A stretch of DNA of 63,960 nt, counting the filler, from Basidiobolus ranarum (lineage: Eukaryota): NCBI GenBank assembly GCA_040143965.1. It is 3 parts of 3 records of this genome, joined end to end, with 100 filler letters (N's around TTAATTAATTAA, not from the genome) between each part and the next. Parts side by side here need not be neighbours in the genome. Positions count along the whole stretch, not along the records: positions 47,592 to 63,960 come from JASJQH010007219.1; 2 more parts are not named here. One strand, 5' to 3'. Positions within the stretch are counted from its first letter, which is position 1; the number at the start of each line of letters is the position of its first letter. Below the pieces are notes generated by a model that saw only the letters and a program-made list of their open reading frames with translations, was not told the origin of the DNA and made no database searches. Shown in pieces: positions 59,058 to 63,960 of the stretch. The translations under genes were made by a program, and so were the position numbers.

Positions 59058-62000
59058 TTAATTAGTTTCCATATCCATTGATGCTTCATTCCCAACCTCA
59101 GTTTGAATCAATCGAACGATTTCATTGTAGAACCCAAGTAAATTATGTTGCGTGATACATGTATCCAATTGCTGATTCTCCGTTTGATAGTCTTGAATTA
59201 ACAAGTTAATTTGCTGCTCCAACATGCCTGCAAATCTGGCAACCACATCTTCTTTTGAGGTATGGAAATGAGTTTCTGCTGGCTGAAGATACATGTCGGC
59301 GGGGTATTCTTGATGAATCAAAGTTAGCCAAGGAGAGCATTTCATCGTTTCACATAAATGAACTTACCTCCATCATGAGCAGCCATGAGTGTACAGTAGA
59401 CAGCTGTGTCTTTAAGTGCAGCAAGAAGCTCGTCATCACCAGCATGGCCGGAAAGTTTGTAAATATAATCCCAACTTGAATCCAGTGTTAATATAAATAT
59501 ATATAGAGAGGGAATCAAAATAATAAATACCTGTCTCTAAGGATAACTCTTCTCCAAATGGTACGCAATACATATTCCATTCTATCTTGTGGGATGTCTT
59601 TTGCTCTTCTATAAACACCCAAAGCAATTCTATAATTATCTACTTGGTTGTCCAAATTCTGAGGTAATGTTAGAACATCAATCAATGATTCAGAGTCTAA
59701 GACCTGACCATCCATGATGTTTTTGATCAATTGGCGGTACAATTGCTCCATTGCTGGTCTCACTCGGCTTAAATCCCCGGTGTTGTACGCAGAGACTTGA
59801 GCGATTCTCTCGTCAATCTTCTTGGGAATCTTGTTCATATTCTCTAGAATACTGTGGTATGACTCTTGAAGAACTTCATGAACAGTAACAAGATCCAATG
59901 TATCATCGATTTCTAGATTTTGAAGTGTTAAAAGAGCCCCTTTCAAACTGATATGGCAGGCAGAATAACTTACGCTCAAGAGATCCTTGGACTTGGTCAG
60001 AATCCAAACTGGTAGACTCTATCGAAGCCAGATATGAGAGCTTGGCTAAACTGAGCATCGTCTGAACCGAAGATTGTTAGTTAATACAGAGGGATTAGTA
60101 AAAGAGATATTATGAATGTTCACCTTCTTCTGGAGATTCTCCTTCTCTCCTTCGGATTCTTCCAGGAGTTTGTTGGATGCCTGAGCATACCTCCCAATAT
60201 GAATATCGTGAAGCCATGAAATGTGAGTGTGTCCTCCCTTCTCCAAGAACTCATGGAGAAGCCCACTGTAGAAATCCTTCTGATTTACAAGTTGATATAA
60301 TAGACCATTTTCAACGTAGTAAGAATACAGTTCGTATGCAAATGGCTCCTTGAACTTATTAATATAATAGTCGATTCTAGCCTGAGACTCTTCCTTTAGA
60401 TCAATACTGAGTAAAACTAGCGTTCTAAAATCTTGATAACGTTCGGCTAGTTGGAATGCAAACTCCATTCTATCAATAGAGACTTCAATCGATGATTAGT
60501 CATGGATGAGAGAATAGTAATATTGAGCTAACCACTTACCTAGCGGAAGAGTGACCTTTGAGCGAACAATACGATATTTCTCTTGGATTAAAGCAAGTGC
60601 GTGCATAGCATCATCACTTCCACTATGACTAGAAAAAAGACAGTTTAGCACGCATATTAGGGATGTACTTTCTTAAACTAACCAATACGCACCCACTAAG
60701 GAAATCAATCCGTTCAGTAAACATCTGGAACAGAATGTCTGCCAAGTCACAGAGTTGATCTTTCAAAGACTTCAGCAAGGTATGGGAAGCTTCAGTTACA
60801 TCCATATTGTCATCAGTGTCCATCTCAAATTGACTGGCCTTACTAGCGCCAAAGTGTTCGGCATCCCGGTTGTGTTCTCTAATAGCCTTTTCGGTGAGTT
60901 GATATTGTGTATAGATTATATCTAAATAGGCCTCTTTACAAGTCCAAGATTCTTCATTGGTGGCCTCGCTTAATCCATATATTTCTGAATGTTGGCTTCT
61001 ATAAAGATAGGCAGATTTGAATATATTTAAGAATATTTTGTTTGCTTCGTGAATGAGAAGATTCTTCTCCCCAGTTTGATCCACTCTCAAACGACGAATT
61101 AGATCAGCAATGTACTGAGGAAGGAGTCCGATCTCGGAGATATGGAATCGGAAGAAGGTTCTTACAGCATCCTCTTGGGCCTGGGTACCAATTCCTCGAA
61201 GACAAGATTCAATTGCCTTGGTAAGAAGCAAAGTATGAGGTTGCTTATAACCACGACCAAGCAAAGCGTTTTGATAGTACCACAAGTCCAATGCAGAGGT
61301 CAATTTCTCGCAATTCCAGCAAAGCTTGTGTCGTGCAGGGATGGATAAGTTGTGAAGAAGATTACTAGCATTGATAAATTTCAAGATGTTATTCATACGA
61401 TTTAATCTTTCCTGAAGTTGAATCTTCACTTCCATAATAGCGGGAATATATTTCGACTTGGATTTCAAAATCTCGTCACTGAGTTTCAATGCAGCTTTAT
61501 CCAATCCAGTGATGAATTCTCGTGAGAGATTGAATGAGAGTGGATTTTCTTCATGACTTCCGAAAAATACCGCCTGTTCCAATTTGTTCTTCAATTGATG
61601 TGTTCGTTTCTTTTGTTCATCTGAGGATTCTACTTCGACTTTAACTTCTTGCTCCATCTTCTCACTAATCTTCTCCAGGTTCATGGAGATATCCAAGATT
61701 CCACTTTGAGTACACAACACTAGGATATTACTGTTCGATATGCTCTCACGGCTCCAAATCTTATTTCTATCGAGGCCAAATCCAACAATGCGATCGATAG
61801 AGGAGTTACGTAGAGGAATAGTTTCTTCGAAATCGGTATCAAGCAAGGTAGTAGCAATGATACAATCAGGTAAAAGGACAAAGGCAGCAGGTCCACCGTT
61901 GGACAATGCCAAACGAGGCTTGGAAGTTATACCAGAGTACAATGTAGCCTTAGATTTCAAGAATTTCTGTCCGGTGAGAAGGAAATTACCAGATGCATTG

Positions 62001-63653
62001 TCATGTTCGAATGAGAAGAGTGCAAATGTGGAGACCGTTTCCTGATCCACCGAAATTGAACTAAGAACAACGACTCGATTCTCTCTAAATTTAGAGGGGG
62101 GAGTTAATTGAAACGATTCGTAGCTACGTACACGGATATTTTCAATGGAACCAACCTTGAGTATTCTACATCCAATAAGTCCACAATCAAGTCGGAAGCT
62201 TTGTTGAACGCGGGGAGATTGTCTAGTGCCAATGAGATGTCCTTCAAAATATCTCGCTCCGTGATGAACTGATAACAGAGAATGAGTTTAGAAAGATCGA
62301 AACTGGTGTATACATAAGTACATGGGTATACCTTCTCCGGGAATACTTTAGAAATGGTCCATTTTTGCAAACTCTGGTTCGTAACAACATATATATCTCT
62401 GTCAAATAAGAACTTGTTAGTGTTTGCTTGGTGGCAGCGTTGTGGAACCATAAATGTACCTAGAATGTCTGCCTTCAGAACTTGCTCCAGCGCAAATAGA
62501 CACGATTTCTGAATTAGTTCCCTCAGAAGAAGGCTCATCACTCCCGTGATAACCTAACAAAGAGCTCATACGTGCAAATACACCGAGTGGACGGGACAAA
62601 GGTGAGTATGACAATGCAGGCTGCCCACTGGCATTGGACAATGAAATACGATATAACTGAGAGAATCTAGTTCCAAAAACAAACCCAGCGGGCTATATAA
62701 TGAAGATAAAAAATATTGGATAAGAAAAGTGAATGCGGTTGTTGATGAAGACTCTGGTAATATACCTCGCAATTAACCAAGCAAGTTCCTCTATCCTGTT
62801 CAGCTAAATAGATTCTCATACTTTTGTATTTTTGGGAATTGGTGAGTCCATAATTAATGGTTTCCCAATAACGAAATTCTCCTTCAGGTGAACTAGCCAA
62901 AATTCCCACCTCTTTAGATCCGGTTGTGGGTATGATACTAACAAATGGAAGATTTTCGAGAATTTCACTGGTGGTCAAAAATTGGGATGAAAAGTTCACT
63001 TTGGGCATTTGGAAAGTGTATATAGTTGGTGATGATTTCTATTAAAGTGGTTATGGTTAAGATACTGACATAAAATATTACATTACAATTATCAACGGAA
63101 CGGATACTTACTTGCTTGTAGGACCATACATAACAGTCGGTTAAAGTGATCACTAGAGCATAGCCTGAATTCACTTCCAAAGAGCCATAAAAACACTCTA
63201 AGGGGCAACCCTCGGCTATTTTACAAGATCGTGAGAAAAGAGATCAAAAATAAACGCGACGCTACACGACATCTATAACGTTGAAAACATACCAGAAAAT
63301 AAGCCAGCAATTTCAGTAGGAAGAGCTCCTAGCACGGATACGGCATGTTTCTCACTTTGTAGTAAAACATGAGGGGTTCTATGTGTTTCTTCAGTAAACA
63401 GTGTCTCCGGGAGAGGTTTATCAATCTGAAGTGTGCGAAGGGATTTTTTAACGCGTTGAGGGACATTTTCCTTGGAAATTGGTTTTTTACTTGGTACAGT
63501 TACAGTTTCTTTTACATAACTAACTGAAGTCTCGGTAAGGGTATTTTTAGGTGGGTGAGTTGAGGTGGTGGAGAGAACACTCTGACTGAAAGAGTTCTCC
63601 TGAGAAACACGAAAGGACTTTTTCTTCAAGGTGGCGCGAGGCGTTGTGAACAT
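59058..63653 (-). CDS. NUP133: Nucleoporin Nup133 (Nup133/Nup132-like), multi-exon
   Basis: ATG at 63653 (MFTTPR) and many short GT-AG introns linking the listed minus-strand ORFs. N-terminal beta-propeller (GYALV...CYVWSY, GEFRYWETI, PAGFVFGT); alpha-solenoid with LEQAVFFG..ENPLSF, LAERYQDFRTLV, ISWLHDI, LSLAKL, IWRRVILRD. Not every exon boundary was resolved. Confidence 0.88.
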
Positions 63654-63960
63654 GGTGTAGAATTTCAACTACGTCGTAATCGTGTTTACTTTACTCTAAC
63701 CTGAGTAAAGACGAAAAGCGGTCAAATCTACTCAATTCAATCACTAACATCACTTTTTGTTTTCAATTTTTTCCTAATAAAAACACGATCAACCTAGCTT
63801 CGTTACTACCAGAAAAAAATGGAATGGGAATGTTTGGACTGGACATATAATATTATTGGCTGGAAACAACATTGATGATTTATTGCAAAATGTTTACATG
63901 GAAATAAATAGCGTCTCCACTTAAAGTAGCTTGACAGGTGTGATTCAAGGGTGATTCAAG

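Overview
Eukaryotic, AT-rich fungal genomic DNA with short (about 55-115 nt) GT-AG introns. Gene content (SreA-type GATA factor, Opi1-like, Tos4/Plm2-like, HP1, Pirh2, RBBP9, trihelix) suggests an early-diverging fungus such as Zoopagomycota/Mucoromycota; this is inference, not confirmed. The ORF track ignores introns and uses non-ATG starts, so I rebuilt gene models by hand. The window is three contigs joined by artificial N-TTAATTAATTAA-N linkers (23752-23851, 47492-47591), so adjacency across them means nothing. I find about 21 protein-coding genes, three copies of one Ty1/copia LTR family (one with a Ty5-type half-tRNA PBS and a decayed gag), and CpG-depleted repeat relics. I saw no rRNA, tRNA or CRISPR. 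The most notable candidate is a spliced, apparently intact ~516-aa cytochrome P450-fold gene lacking the heme Cys, ExxR (reads RxxD), PERF and the I-helix Thr. It sits in a run of six lipid-related genes. Also of note: a STAS-less SLC26, a bacterial-type CBM9-like gene, an orphan 7TM receptor and a FAR1-domain factor probably derived from a transposase.
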